Below, piece after piece: positions 46,533 through 56,857 of a stretch of 64,000 nucleotides of DNA. Position 1 is the stretch's first letter; every line of letters starts with the position of its first letter. The notes beneath the pieces are model-generated. The model saw nothing but the letters and a program-made list of their open reading frames with translations. It did no database searches and was not told the origin of the DNA. The DNA comes from an uncultured archaeon (GTDB lineage: Archaea; Thermoproteota; Nitrososphaeria; Nitrososphaerales; Gagatemarchaeaceae): positions 64,001 to 128,000 of the forward strand of contig CAWFOU010000008.1 of the NCBI GenBank assembly GCA_963817525.1, in the 5' to 3' direction. A program made the position numbers and the translations under genes.

Positions 46533-46610
46533 GGTTCGATTCTCCCAATCTGAATCCGAATCGCCTGTCTACAGCATCGTGCGTTAATATAAGAGACTTC
46601 TCGTCTCCGC

Positions 46611-47294
46611 TTGAATCGTATATTGGCGTTTTGCACAAGTTGTGGAAAGGAAATCCCGCAAGACGCGGCTTTCTGCGCTTATTGTGGAAGACCGACGGTT
46701 TCTGCTCCTCAGGTCACTGGGGCCCAGAGCGCAAGTTTCACGCCACCGACATTGACCGGGGCTTCAACTCTTCTGAATACCAGCGATATTGTAATGAGGA
46801 GGAAACTAGTGTCGATGAGGGAGCATTACGACATCGAAGATAGAGGCGGAAGGAAGATTGGGGAAGGGGAAGGCAATTTTGTTCAGGTTCCCGCGAAGTT
46901 CGTTGTCAGCGAGGTGAGTGACTCTTCTGCAAAGACCGAAGTCATGCACATTGATGGTAAAGTACTGTCGTTGAGACATCAGTTTACTTTGTACGACGCG
47001 AGCGGAAATCTGTTGGGAGAATTGAAGAAAAAGCTCGCGAAATTGATAGGACAGGAGTATTGGCTTGAGGTAAACGGAACGGAGTTGATGAGAATATTTG
47101 GGAAATTTACCCAGCATCAATATCAGATGACTGTCAACGGCCAACAGGTAGCCGAAGTGAATCGGAAATGGGTCTCTGCAACGGGTGAATTCGGCTTATC
47201 AATTACCGGCGACGTGGATCCCAGAATTGTTATCGGCTCTGCTATCGTGATCGAACATCTAGAAACGCAGGGGAGCGGAATCAGAATAAATTGA
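46611..47294 (+). CDS. Zinc-ribbon plus LURP-one/scramblase-like domain protein
   Basis: FCTSCG....AFCAYCG followed by tubby-like repeats (MRRKLVSMREHYDIED, GKF..H.Y, VAEV.RKW). Confidence 0.8.
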   Translation: MNRILAFCTSCGKEIPQDAAFCAYCGRPTVSAPQVTGAQSASFTPPTLTGASTLLNTSDIVMRRKLVSMREHYDIEDRGGRKIGEGEGNFVQVPAKFVVSEVSDSSAKTEVMHIDGKVLSLRHQFTLYDASGNLLGELKKKLAKLIGQEYWLEVNGTELMRIFGKFTQHQYQMTVNGQQVAEVNRKWVSATGEFGLSITGDVDPRIVIGSAIVIEHLETQGSGIRIN

Positions 47295-47480
47295 TCTTCT
47301 GATGATTTCGGGTGCCGGCAGTCCTTCGCAAACGGCGACAAGAGGAGAGCCGGCCGAGAGTCGAGCTCCGAAGCCCTCTAAGTATGCGGGCAAGATTTCG
47401 GTCTTGGTATCACACAGACTGTGCTGGGTCGAGATAGCATCGTTGTTTCGCGCCGAGCGCAACGCGAGCTTCATCTCCTC

Positions 47481-48428
47481 TTAGATGAGGGGGATCAGCC
47501 TGTCCTTGATGGCCTCGAGAGGCCAGAGCAACCGGTCGCCGATTATCATGGGTATGAGGTATTCTACGCCGGCGCGGGCATAAGCCCTCAGCTCCTCCGC
47601 GCAGTGCTCGGGTGTCCCCACGATGCATCCCTTCTCTCTGAGCTTCTTCCGATAGCCGTTGGGCGACATCCCCATCCGCTCTGCCTCCTTCTGGACAATC
47701 TGCTCCACCTCGGAGTCGGTCCCCGCCAACAGCAAGGGCTGCGCCGAATAGGTCACCTCGCTCCTGTCGCGCTTCATCTCCTTCCGAACTTCCTCGGCCC
47801 GCTCGACGATTTTTCCGCATAGCTTGGGCTCGGCGACCGTGTTGAGCCCGTCGGCGAGCTCCACGGCGTACCTCGGCAGCGTCCTCGTCCCCGTCGATAC
47901 CCCGACCCAGACGGGAAGGTGGGCCTGCACGGGCTTCGGGTTGCAGGTGGCGTTCGTGATGGAAAAGTGCCTTCCCGCGAAGGACGTGCCGTCCTCCGTC
48001 CACATCATCCTGAGAATCTTCAGCGTCTCCTTGAGCTGCCCCAGGCGGTCGGGAAGCGGAAGAAAGTCGTATCCGTATGCCGCATACTCGGCCTCGTGCC
48101 ACCCCGCGCCGACCCCCATCACGAAGCGGCCATTTGAGATGCGGTCGACGGTCGCGCCCATCTTCGCGAGGTAGGCCGGGTTCCTGTACCCCACGCACGT
48201 GACCATGACGCCAATCCTGAGCCGCTTTGTGTCCCTTGCAAGCGCCGCGAGGGTCGTGTACGCCTCCAGGCAAGGGTCGGAGGCCCGGTCGACCAGGGAG
48301 ACGCCGAGGAGATGGTCGTGCAGCCAGGCCGAGTCGAAGCCCAGCTCCTCGGACTTGGACCAGACCGAGGAGAGCTCGTCGTAGGTGTAACCGCTCTGGC
48401 CCTGCCCGGTCTTTATCCCGAACCTCAT
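47481..48428 (-). CDS. LLM-class (probably F420-dependent) oxidoreductase
   Basis: GFDSAWLHDH, YRNPAYLAK..ATVD.IS.GR, GAGW, PKPVQ. Confidence 0.92.
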   Translation of the reverse strand: MRFGIKTGQGQSGYTYDELSSVWSKSEELGFDSAWLHDHLLGVSLVDRASDPCLEAYTTLAALARDTKRLRIGVMVTCVGYRNPAYLAKMGATVDRISNGRFVMGVGAGWHEAEYAAYGYDFLPLPDRLGQLKETLKILRMMWTEDGTSFAGRHFSITNATCNPKPVQAHLPVWVGVSTGTRTLPRYAVELADGLNTVAEPKLCGKIVERAEEVRKEMKRDRSEVTYSAQPLLLAGTDSEVEQIVQKEAERMGMSPNGYRKKLREKGCIVGTPEHCAEELRAYARAGVEYLIPMIIGDRLLWPLEAIKDRLIPLI

Positions 48429-48494
48429 GGGCGATACGGGCTGGCCGCGCCGATTCCTAATAAGAGGATGTCCCGGGCCGGAAAACGGTTTATT

Positions 48495-49055
48495 ATGCTG
48501 GAAGAGTCGGAGGGGGCAGTGAGCGTGCAGCAACAGCAGGTCGAATGGCTGGTCCTCGTCGACGACAACGACAAGGAGCTGGGCATCGACACGAGGGAGA
48601 ATTGCCACAAGGGTACTGGGAGGAGGCACAGGGCGTTCGTGGTCTTCCTCTTCGACAGGGAGGGGCGGATGCTGCTCCAGAGGAGGAGCATGAAGAAGAA
48701 GCTCTGGCCGGCCTACTGGGACGTCTCGGTGACGAGCCACGTCTACAAAGGGGAGACCTACGAAGGGGCGGGCATCCGGAGGTCGATGCAGGAGCTCAAC
48801 GTGGTCGTTAAGAAGCTCGACCGCAAGCTGGACTATACCTACTTTGCAAAGTTCGGCGACTATTGCGAGAACGAGTTCTGCGTGCTGCTCACCGGGCAGC
48901 TGGACGGCGCGCCAAAGCCAAATCCGGACGAGATAATGGAGACGAAGTACGTGACGATGGACGAGCTGGCCGCGGACATGTCGAAGAACCCCGACAAGTA
49001 TACGCCGTGGTTCAAGATAGCGTTCGAGAAATACACCCAGCGAAAAAAGGAATGA
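48495..49055 (+). CDS. idi: Isopentenyl-diphosphate delta-isomerase type 1 (Nudix fold)
   Basis: CH....HRAF, LLQRRS..K..WP..W, ENEFC, PNPDEI, YTPWF. Confidence 0.85.
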   Translation: MLEESEGAVSVQQQQVEWLVLVDDNDKELGIDTRENCHKGTGRRHRAFVVFLFDREGRMLLQRRSMKKKLWPAYWDVSVTSHVYKGETYEGAGIRRSMQELNVVVKKLDRKLDYTYFAKFGDYCENEFCVLLTGQLDGAPKPNPDEIMETKYVTMDELAADMSKNPDKYTPWFKIAFEKYTQRKKE

Positions 49056-49102
49056 GCCCGCGGCTCACGCTTTTATCGTCTGAGCGGCACCATCGATGAG
49101 GC

Positions 49103-49792
49103 TTGGCTTTCGACCCCGCCATATTCCTCGCCGCCCTGGGGATCACAACCCTGGAGCTCGTCGAGGCGGCCGCGGTCGCACTGGCGCTCTACGCGCAGTC
49201 CCGTAGGGCCGCCGTCTTCCTCTACACGGCGGCGGGGTCGGTCGTCGTCTTCACTCCTATGTTCGTCCTCGGCGCCCTGATCACCCTCCTCCCCGACTAC
49301 GTCGTCAAGCTGACCGCGGGCGCCCTCCTCCTGTACTTCGGGCAGAGGCTGGTCAAGAGCGCCCGCAGGGCGGTGGTCAACGCCAGGAAAGGTTCCAGCT
49401 TCAAGGAGCGCCTTGAGAAGGGAGAACTCGTCACCGCGTTCTCGGTAGGCGTAGTCGAGTCCTTCGAGGCCGCCATCGTCCTCGTCGGGCTCCTTGCGAA
49501 CGGCTTCCAGTCCACGGTCTTTGGGATGGCGGGAGGAATAGGGGTGGTCGTCGTCGCCACCTACGTGCTGCGCGACCAGGCGAGGAAGATGAAGCAGGCG
49601 AACATGAAGGTCGTCGTTTCGGCGCTCCTGCTCTCGTTTGCGACATTCTGGTTCGGCGAGGTCTTAGAGCCGCTGAACGACCTCCTCCTGATCCCGCTCT
49701 TCGTCGTCTACGTCGCAGCGGTATACTCGTTAGCGAACCGCCCCTCCGCCCAGGTCGTGGCGCCTACCGGGACGCCGGCCACGGCGAGCTGA
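49103..49792 (+). CDS. Membrane protein with internal ExxEA repeat (COG4280-like)
   Basis: LELVEAA and VESFEAA in two halves; about seven TM helices. Confidence 0.7.
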   Translation: MAFDPAIFLAALGITTLELVEAAAVALALYAQSRRAAVFLYTAAGSVVVFTPMFVLGALITLLPDYVVKLTAGALLLYFGQRLVKSARRAVVNARKGSSFKERLEKGELVTAFSVGVVESFEAAIVLVGLLANGFQSTVFGMAGGIGVVVVATYVLRDQARKMKQANMKVVVSALLLSFATFWFGEVLEPLNDLLLIPLFVVYVAAVYSLANRPSAQVVAPTGTPATAS

Positions 49793-49924
49793 GGCCAGCG
49801 GAGGAATTGGTTGATCTTCGCGCCGGCGACGTGAACATAGCGTCGCAGACCAGGGCTCGGCGCGGTTAGGACAATTTCCGAGGCGCGGAATTTTGCCGTT
49901 GTTAAGACTATTGGAGGAAGACGG

Positions 49925-51184
49925 CTAGAGGATGGTCGAGACGCCGTACCTCCCCCCGAGGAGACGGCCCTCCTCGAACCTCCGCAGCTTGAATACGGAG
50001 ACATCATAGTCGGGGAAGCCCCCGTCCTTTACCAGCGAGGCGACGATTCGCCCGAACTCGGGAGAAAGCTTGAACCCGTGGCCGCTCAGCCCGACCACGC
50101 AGTACAGGCCGGGGAGGCCCCGCTCCGAGAGCTCGTCTATGATGGGGCTCTGGTCGGGCGTGTTGTCGTAGAGGCCCGCGTATCCGCGTCTGTATGTCCC
50201 TCCATCCGCCATGACGGGGAACGCGGCCGCGGACGACCTGGAAAAGTCGGAGGCCTCCTCGTAGCTGATGCCCTCGTCGTAGGCGTCGGGGTCGGACTCG
50301 CTCCCCGAGGCGTCAAGCTCGTGGGAGAGCGTTCCTACGAAGAAGAGCTCGTTGCCCTCGGGCTTGTAGTAGGCAGAGCGGGGAAAGTCGAAGACGACGG
50401 GCCGCTTGCCCAAGTAGCTGGGAGGCCGGCCGAAGATCGCGACGGGGTGCCTGGACACCTTCAACGGTAGGTCCACGCCCAGCCCCGAGAAGAGGGGCTT
50501 CGACCAGACGCCGGTGGCGAGCACGACGCTCCGGCAGCTCACAGGCCCTCCGGTCGTAGAGATGGAGTATCCTCCTCCGGACGCCGGCGCGCGCCCTATC
50601 TTGGTGACCCTCGTCCCGGTGAGGACCTTCGCGCCTAGGTCGACCGCGGCGGAGGCGAAGGCGCCGGCGGTCGCTGATGGCTCTGCGTAGCCTGCGTGTG
50701 GCTCGTAGGCGAAGAGGGAGAAGGCGCCCGCGTCAAGCATCGGCTCGACGCCCGACGCCGCCAGCTCCTCGGGGCTCATCAGCGTGGAGTCTATCCCGAG
50801 CCTTTTGTGCATGGCCGAGTTCTGGCGGAGCGCCTTGACCGAGGCGTCGTCCGCCCCCACCAGGAGCCCGGTCTCCACATAGCCGGCGCTGCGACCGGGT
50901 AGCTCCCTCCCAAAATCCCTGAAGAAGCGGTAGCTGAGGAGCGCCATCCTGGCCAGCACCTCGGTGCTGTAGTGGGTCCGGACCAGAGCCGTCGACCTGC
51001 TGGTCTGCCCAGCGGCGAGCTGGGGGGCCATGTCGACCAGAAGCGGGGCCTTGACCCCCGCCTTGGCGAGGTGGTAGAGGACGCTGCATCCCGTTGAGCC
51101 TCCCCCGACGACGACGACCTCGCGCTCCTGCAACCTGCTTACCGCCCCTGCGGGCACCTGCTCTCTATTTACTCTTGGGCACAT
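49925..51184 (-). CDS. FAD-dependent amine oxidoreductase (DAO/sarcosine oxidase beta-like)
   Basis: VVGGGSTG, TPD..PII, SGHGFKLSP. Confidence 0.9.
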   Translation of the reverse strand: MCPRVNREQVPAGAVSRLQEREVVVVGGGSTGCSVLYHLAKAGVKAPLLVDMAPQLAAGQTSRSTALVRTHYSTEVLARMALLSYRFFRDFGRELPGRSAGYVETGLLVGADDASVKALRQNSAMHKRLGIDSTLMSPEELAASGVEPMLDAGAFSLFAYEPHAGYAEPSATAGAFASAAVDLGAKVLTGTRVTKIGRAPASGGGYSISTTGGPVSCRSVVLATGVWSKPLFSGLGVDLPLKVSRHPVAIFGRPPSYLGKRPVVFDFPRSAYYKPEGNELFFVGTLSHELDASGSESDPDAYDEGISYEEASDFSRSSAAAFPVMADGGTYRRGYAGLYDNTPDQSPIIDELSERGLPGLYCVVGLSGHGFKLSPEFGRIVASLVKDGGFPDYDVSVFKLRRFEEGRLLGGRYGVSTIL

Positions 51185-51219
51185 TTAGAAAGGGATGCGG
51201 GTGAGGCGCGTGAGGGTAG

Positions 51220-52149
51220 ATGGCCTCCTCAAGGATAACCAGCAGGGCCTACATCATAGACACGGTGGGCATGGGGAACGCTAGCACGATCGCGGTCTAC
51301 GTCGTGAAAGGCGGGAGGAGGACGGCCGTGATAGACTGCGGCTACGCCTCCACCTACGGGAACGTGATGCAAGGCCTCCGCCAGCTCGGGGTGGAGCCCT
51401 CGAAGGTAGACTACCTGATACCGACCCACCTCCACCTCGACCACGCCGGGGCGACAGGCCACCTCCTCAGGCACATGCCCCGCGCTCGGGTGATAGCCCA
51501 CGAGCGGGCGATCCCTCACCTGGTCGACCCCACGAAGCTCGTCGAGAGTGCGACCAGCCTCTTCGGGGAGAAGCTAGTGCAGATGTACGGGAAGCCCCTT
51601 CCGATAGACAAGAACAAGATCAACGCGGTGGGGGAGGAGTCCCACATCGACCTGGGAGGCGCCACCCTCACGACACTCCACGCGCCCGGGCACGCGCCCC
51701 ACCAGATCTCCGTCCTCTTCGAGGAGGAGCACCTCCTCTTCTCCGCGGACGCGGTCGGCATGGTGTTCCCCTCGTTCCCCACCCTGCTGCCCACGACGCC
51801 ACCCCCGAGCCTCGACCCAGTGAAGCTGGTGCAGACGCTCGAGATGCTCCGGCAGACCGACCCCAAGATGATCCTAGTGCCTCACTACGGGGCCAGGAAG
51901 GACGTCGGCGTCGTCATTGACAGGACAAGGGAAAAGACCGAGGAGTGGGTCAGGGAGGTGAAGAGGCTCAACGACACGCACCTGAGCCCCGAGAAGATCG
52001 TGGAAGAGCTGAGGAGGAAGATCACCGAAGAGACGGGCATCCCCCTGGCGGCGTTCCCGAACTACGTCAACGTCATGATCAGGGCGAGCGTCCTCGGGAT
52101 ACTGGCGTACCTCAACCGGGCCAGCTCGAGCACGGCGCCCGAGACCTGA
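51220..52149 (+). CDS. Metallo-beta-lactamase fold hydrolase
   Basis: THLHLDHAG, PGHAPH, PHYG. Confidence 0.92.
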   Translation: MASSRITSRAYIIDTVGMGNASTIAVYVVKGGRRTAVIDCGYASTYGNVMQGLRQLGVEPSKVDYLIPTHLHLDHAGATGHLLRHMPRARVIAHERAIPHLVDPTKLVESATSLFGEKLVQMYGKPLPIDKNKINAVGEESHIDLGGATLTTLHAPGHAPHQISVLFEEEHLLFSADAVGMVFPSFPTLLPTTPPPSLDPVKLVQTLEMLRQTDPKMILVPHYGARKDVGVVIDRTREKTEEWVREVKRLNDTHLSPEKIVEELRRKITEETGIPLAAFPNYVNVMIRASVLGILAYLNRASSSTAPET

Positions 52150-52172
52150 GAGGCGCGTGGAGCGGGAAACCC

Positions 52173-52711
52173 ATGACCACCGAGCGCAGGTTCGCCGCCT
52201 TCAGCAAGGACGCCCTCCCGCCGAGGATGAGCGGCGTCCCCGAGGGCGGGATGTGCATATCGGCCTTCCTGGTCATCTCGAAGAAGGGCGAGCCCGGGAG
52301 CGTCCTGATGGGCAGGATAAACAAGAACGCGGAGTGGGACCACATCGGCGCCTTGAACGGAAAGCGCCTCGAGCGCTTCGCGTCCGGCTGGATGCTGCCG
52401 TCCTCCCACCGGATGCTCTACGAGACCCCGAGGGTGCCGCGAGGAGGATAATGCGGGAGCTGCTAAGCCTGAAGAACCTGAGGCTGCAGGGGCCGCTCAC
52501 CTTCGCGGACACGAGCACGGCCCCATTCTCGGGGATGCCCAACCACTGGGACATCGGGTTCATCTTCACGGCGGAGAGGGAAGCCGTCCCCTCGAGCGGA
52601 GCATGGGACGAACTGAGGTTCGTCGACGTAAACAAGCTGAAGCACGACGAAATCGTGAGGTCGCAGGTGGACGTTCTCACTTACGCGGGCAAGCTGAAGC
52701 TGAAGCAATAG
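52173..52711 (+). pseudogene. Nudix-like protein with single-base frameshift near 52430
   Basis: One frame ends WMLPSSHRMLYETP and another continues EGAARRIMRELL. Joined they give a Nudix-like E.P..AA.R...E box. Confidence 0.7.
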
Positions 52712-52785
52712 GTCGGGAATAGCGGTTCCGGCAGGCCCCCTACGGGGACCCGCCTGTATTGGGCCGCTACGCGGAAAGACTAGTC

Positions 52786-54459
52786 TTAGTCTTCGCCCAT
52801 GTCGCCCATTCCGCCGCCTCCGCCAGGCGGACCGGACGGACCCTTCGACTTGCCGGCTGCGATGACGTCGTCGATGCGCAGTATCATGCAGGCCGCCTCC
52901 GTGGACGACTTGATTATCTGCTCCTTGACGCTGAGCGGCTCGATCACGTTGTCCTTGTACATGTCCTTGACCTTGCCCTCCTTCGCCTCGACTCCGAACC
53001 ACTTGCCTCCCTCGGCGTGCTTCGCCCTTATCTCGGTCATCGTGTCGATGGGGTCAAGGCCCGCGTTGGTCGCGAGGCAGATTGGGATCGTCTCGAGCGC
53101 GTCGGCGAACTTCTGGGCCGCGAGCTGCTCCCTCCCGTTGAGCTTCTCGGTCCACTTCATTAACTGGGTTGCGACCTCTGCCTCGGGGGCGCCGCCTCCG
53201 GCCACGATGGCCGGCTTCTCGACGACGTCCTTCGAGACCATGAGCGCGTCGTGCATCGACCTCTCGGCCTCGTCTACTATCCTCTGCGTCCCTCCCCTGA
53301 TGAGGATGGTGACCGCCTTCGGGTTCTTGCACCCTTCGACGAAGACCCACTTGTCCTGCTCGACCTTCCTCTCCTCGACCAGGTCCGCGTAGCCTAGGTC
53401 CTTGGGGGACAGGTCGTCGAAGTTGTTCGCGATCCTGGCGCCGGTTGCCTTTGCCAGCTTGGTCAGGTCGCTCTCCTTCGCCCTCCGCACCGCGAGGACG
53501 CCCGCCTTGGCGAGGTAGTGCTGCGCGATGTCGTCCATGCCCTTCTGGCAGACGAGGACGTTGGCGCCGATGGCCACGACCTTGTCCGACATGTCCTTGA
53601 GCATGCGAGTCTCCTCGTCCAGGAACTTCTTCATCATGGACGGGTCGCTGATGTTGAGCTTAGCGTCGAACTCCGTCTTCTCGATCTCAAAGGCCGCGTT
53701 GACCAGGGCGATCTTCGCCTTCTCCACCCTCTTCGGCATGCCTGCGTGGACGACCTCCTTGTCGAGGACGATCCCCTTGATGAGCGAGGTGTCCTGGAGC
53801 GAACCGCCGGGCTTCTTCTCGACCTTGATGTTGTCGAGGTCGACCTTGTAGGTGCCAGCGTCGGTCTTCTCGGAGACCTGTAGCACAGCGCTGACTATGA
53901 GCTCGGCGAGTTCCTGGGCCTCCCTGGAGACGAGCTTCGTCTGCATGCTAGTGCGAGCGATCTTGACGAGCCACTCCTTCCCGTTCGGGGGGACCTTCTC
54001 GGCGATGTCGTTGAGTATCTTTATCGCCTGAGCCGCGGCCTTGTTGTAGCCCTCGACGATTATCGTCGGGTGGACTCCTTTGTCGATGAGGATCTCCGCC
54101 TTTTCAAGGAGAGCGCCTGCGAGGATGACCGCTGACGTGGTGCCGTCCCCGACCTCGTTGTCGGTCGCCTTTGAGACCTCGACCAGCATCTTGGCCGCTG
54201 GATGCTGGACGTCAATCTCCTTGAGCATCGTCGCGCCGTCGTTGGTTATCGTGACGTCGCCGAGCGAGTCGACGAGCATCTTGTCCATGCCCCTGGGCCC
54301 TATGGAGCTCTTCACTATCTCGGCGACCAGCTTGGCCGCCTGGATGTTGTTTCTCTGCGCCTCCTTTCCTCTGGACTGGTTGCTTCCTTCCTTGAGAATC
54401 AGGACCGGCTGACCATTGGAGGTCACGCCCTGGATAGCTTGTGTTGACATCTTCTTCAA
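52786..54459 (-). CDS. ths: Thermosome subunit (group II chaperonin)
   Basis: GPRGMDKM, TNDGAT, GDGTT, GGGAPE, ILRIDD. Confidence 0.97.
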   Translation of the reverse strand: MKKMSTQAIQGVTSNGQPVLILKEGSNQSRGKEAQRNNIQAAKLVAEIVKSSIGPRGMDKMLVDSLGDVTITNDGATMLKEIDVQHPAAKMLVEVSKATDNEVGDGTTSAVILAGALLEKAEILIDKGVHPTIIVEGYNKAAAQAIKILNDIAEKVPPNGKEWLVKIARTSMQTKLVSREAQELAELIVSAVLQVSEKTDAGTYKVDLDNIKVEKKPGGSLQDTSLIKGIVLDKEVVHAGMPKRVEKAKIALVNAAFEIEKTEFDAKLNISDPSMMKKFLDEETRMLKDMSDKVVAIGANVLVCQKGMDDIAQHYLAKAGVLAVRRAKESDLTKLAKATGARIANNFDDLSPKDLGYADLVEERKVEQDKWVFVEGCKNPKAVTILIRGGTQRIVDEAERSMHDALMVSKDVVEKPAIVAGGGAPEAEVATQLMKWTEKLNGREQLAAQKFADALETIPICLATNAGLDPIDTMTEIRAKHAEGGKWFGVEAKEGKVKDMYKDNVIEPLSVKEQIIKSSTEAACMILRIDDVIAAGKSKGPSGPPGGGGGMGDMGED

Positions 54460-54565
54460 ATCACCGATTGAGGGTATACAACTTCGAGTTGTATATAAGA
54501 ATTAAGCCCTTGAGCGCAGGGCGATAATCCGCCCCGAACTTCAGCCAGACTCCCCCGAGGTCCCA

Positions 54566-55144
54566 TCACTTTCTAGGGCGGTATCTGACTTGCACTACGC
54601 CGGATTCGTATGTCTTGGCGCTCACGAGTTCGAGTTTGGTTTGGCTTGTAAAGAGCGGCTTTCCCTCGCCTATTGCCACTGGGTGGACCATGAGTATGTA
54701 CTCGTCCACAAGCCCAAGCCTGGCAAACTTTTGGCCAGTACGCACACCACCTGGGACGTATATTTTGCCACCTTTTCTTTGCTTTATCTCGTCTATTACT
54801 TTCACAAACTCCTTGTCACTCTTGGCGACAAGAATCTCAACACCCCGCTCGGCCTTTTCTTCTTTGTTAGAGATGGCAATGGGGTGTAGCTTGTTCACGG
54901 CCTTGGCGATGGCCATCTCCCACGCTTTGGTCTTAACGTTCTTCCCGGCCTCTCTCCAGTATGCGACCATGCCGAGAGCAGTTGGATACCCCATGACCCA
55001 GGTATCCACGCTCTTCACTATCTCAACGATGTCGTTGTTCAGATTTGAGTCGTCACTTGGAGGCGTGAACCAATCCAGGTCGTTGTTGGCGCCCGCTACA
55101 AATCCATCTAGAGTCATGGTCATGTACAAGATTATTTTTTTCAT
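54566..55144 (-). CDS. Dihydrofolate reductase/RibD C-terminal family protein
   Basis: TLDGFVAG, GG, GLVDEY.L.VHP...G.GKPLF; more AT-rich than neighbours. Confidence 0.88.
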   Translation of the reverse strand: MKKIILYMTMTLDGFVAGANNDLDWFTPPSDDSNLNNDIVEIVKSVDTWVMGYPTALGMVAYWREAGKNVKTKAWEMAIAKAVNKLHPIAISNKEEKAERGVEILVAKSDKEFVKVIDEIKQRKGGKIYVPGGVRTGQKFARLGLVDEYILMVHPVAIGEGKPLFTSQTKLELVSAKTYESGVVQVRYRPRK

Positions 55145-55228
55145 CGCATCACCTGGGAGGCACCCCCTCCCCTCTCGGTCTCCCTTGAATACTTGAACCC
55201 TGCCGCTTTTGATAAGAGTTGTGGGCGG

Positions 55229-55534
55229 CTAGCGTACTGGACTCTTCTTCACCCGTGAGAGCTGCTTCTCTATCTCGCCCGCCAGCCCGACGTCCCACTT
55301 GGTGATTCCGCCCTCGTCGTGCGTCTGGATCTTGAGGGTCACGGTCGTCCAGATCACATGGATGTCGGGGTGGTGCTCTTGTGCCTCAGCGATGAGCGCG
55401 ACCTTGTCCACGAACCTGATCCCGGCGAGGAAGGTCGGGAAGCGGAACTCCTTGGTGATGAAGTCCCCATCCCTCGTCCAGCCCGGGAGAGACTCGAGGG
55501 CGCGGTCGACCGCCGAAGCCGAGAGCTTCGCCAT
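55229..55534 (-). CDS. Pterin-4-alpha-carbinolamine dehydratase
   Basis: AE...HHPD and THD.GGIT..D motifs. Confidence 0.92.
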   Translation of the reverse strand: MAKLSASAVDRALESLPGWTRDGDFITKEFRFPTFLAGIRFVDKVALIAEAQEHHPDIHVIWTTVTLKIQTHDEGGITKWDVGLAGEIEKQLSRVKKSPVR

Positions 55535-55625
55535 GGCCGTCTGGCTGTGGTCGCGGTAGTTAAGGAGTCTCGGCTCTGGCAAACGTATTATATCCTGACT
55601 CGGAAGACTGTCTTCGAACGAAGAC

Positions 55626-56030
55626 TTGAACAGACTATCACTCATAGGGGCGATAGGCGCCGTCGGACTGGTCATCCAGATCCTCCTGGGTCTCGGCCTC
55701 GCAGGGAGCTCCAACCCGAAGGGGAGTGCGCTCATCGTCCCCCACCTCGTGATAGGGGTTGCGGGGATAGCCCTGCTCGCCTACCTGGTCTCGGGGATAT
55801 TCCGGGCTGGCAGCTCGGGCGCGGCGAAAGGAATCTACTCGCTGGCGCTCATCCTCACTCTCGCGCAGGTGGCGCTCGGGTTCAGCCTGCTCGCGACGGG
55901 TGGCAGCCAAGGCATACTCATGGCCCACCAGGGGATCGCTTTCCTGATACTCATCCTGCTGGCCGTCGGAGGCGTGGTGTCGGCCAGGAGCAGGAGGGCC
56001 ATGTCGAGCACTGCGGCCGCCCCAACCTAG
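55626..56030 (+). CDS. Small 4-TM membrane protein with two His residues
   Basis: Four hydrophobic segments; Q..LG and His repeated in both halves. Confidence 0.7.
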   Translation: MNRLSLIGAIGAVGLVIQILLGLGLAGSSNPKGSALIVPHLVIGVAGIALLAYLVSGIFRAGSSGAAKGIYSLALILTLAQVALGFSLLATGGSQGILMAHQGIAFLILILLAVGGVVSARSRRAMSSTAAAPT

Positions 56031-56110
56031 AGGCCGTCGCTTCTTTTGAGCCCCTAGCCAACGCCTTTTGACTCCTCTACGATTAAGCAGGGGCACGGCA
56101 TCTTAGCGTC

Positions 56111-56440
56111 GTGAGCGAGAGCCATCGCCGAGCTCAGGTACTCAAGGCGAGCGCCAGCTCTGCCACCCGGGTGATGAAGGAGAGGAGGGCCGTTGCCGGA
56201 CAGCTCGCCGACGCCAAGACGAAGGAGAAGCTCAAGCAGGTCGTAAAGCCGAACTCCCTCACAAAGACTCTGCGAAGGACGGGCATTGCCCTGATCATAA
56301 CGCCCGACCCCATCACGGCGGTCCCCGGGGTGGTGATGCTCGGAGCCTCCTTCGCCACCAGGAAGAGGGAGCCGCTCACCCCGGCCTCCGTCTACGAGGA
56401 GACGCAGAAGATAATCTCCGAGATGGACTCGTTCTTCTAG
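56111..56440 (+). CDS. Hypothetical protein
   Basis: ORF with a G.ALI..PDP.T.VPG motif. Confidence 0.65.
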   Translation: MSESHRRAQVLKASASSATRVMKERRAVAGQLADAKTKEKLKQVVKPNSLTKTLRRTGIALIITPDPITAVPGVVMLGASFATRKREPLTPASVYEETQKIISEMDSFF

Positions 56441-56494
56441 CGATTCCGACGAATCGTTGATAAAGAACGGTTAGCGCTTGCTGCGGCGGGTTCA

Positions 56495-56809
56495 ATGGAG
56501 GTCAAGCCCGTCAACGGTCTAAAGGTCAACTGCATCCCGACCAAGGAGGCTGTCTTCGGGGAGGACGGCGTCGAGGTCAAGAAGGCCTCGTTGCCCGCCG
56601 GCAAGAATCGCGCGGGGGTCCTTACGGGCAGGACGCTCGCAGGCTTCGCCGAGGTCGAGATGACTGCCCTTGACGGAAAGAAGCACTGGTATCCCACGGA
56701 GGAGATGCTCGGCGAGAAGGGGGAGAAGGTGGTCGAGGAGGAGATCGTCATAGAGGAGCCCGCGGACGACGAAGGCGAGGAGTCCTCGGCCGAGGAAGAC
56801 GCCGAGTAG
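56495..56809 (+). CDS. Hypothetical protein with acidic tail
   Basis: Host-like codons; Glu/Asp-rich C-terminus. Confidence 0.7.
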   Translation: MEVKPVNGLKVNCIPTKEAVFGEDGVEVKKASLPAGKNRAGVLTGRTLAGFAEVEMTALDGKKHWYPTEEMLGEKGEKVVEEEIVIEEPADDEGEESSAEEDAE

Positions 56810-56857
56810 CCTCTCCGACGCATCTGTCCTTAAGTAGATTCCTGAAGTGTCTCCCAG

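Noticed and set aside
47383-47400. Inverted degenerate tRNA-Leu 3' end
   Set aside because: Only a short CCCCGCA match, expected by chance in GC-rich DNA.
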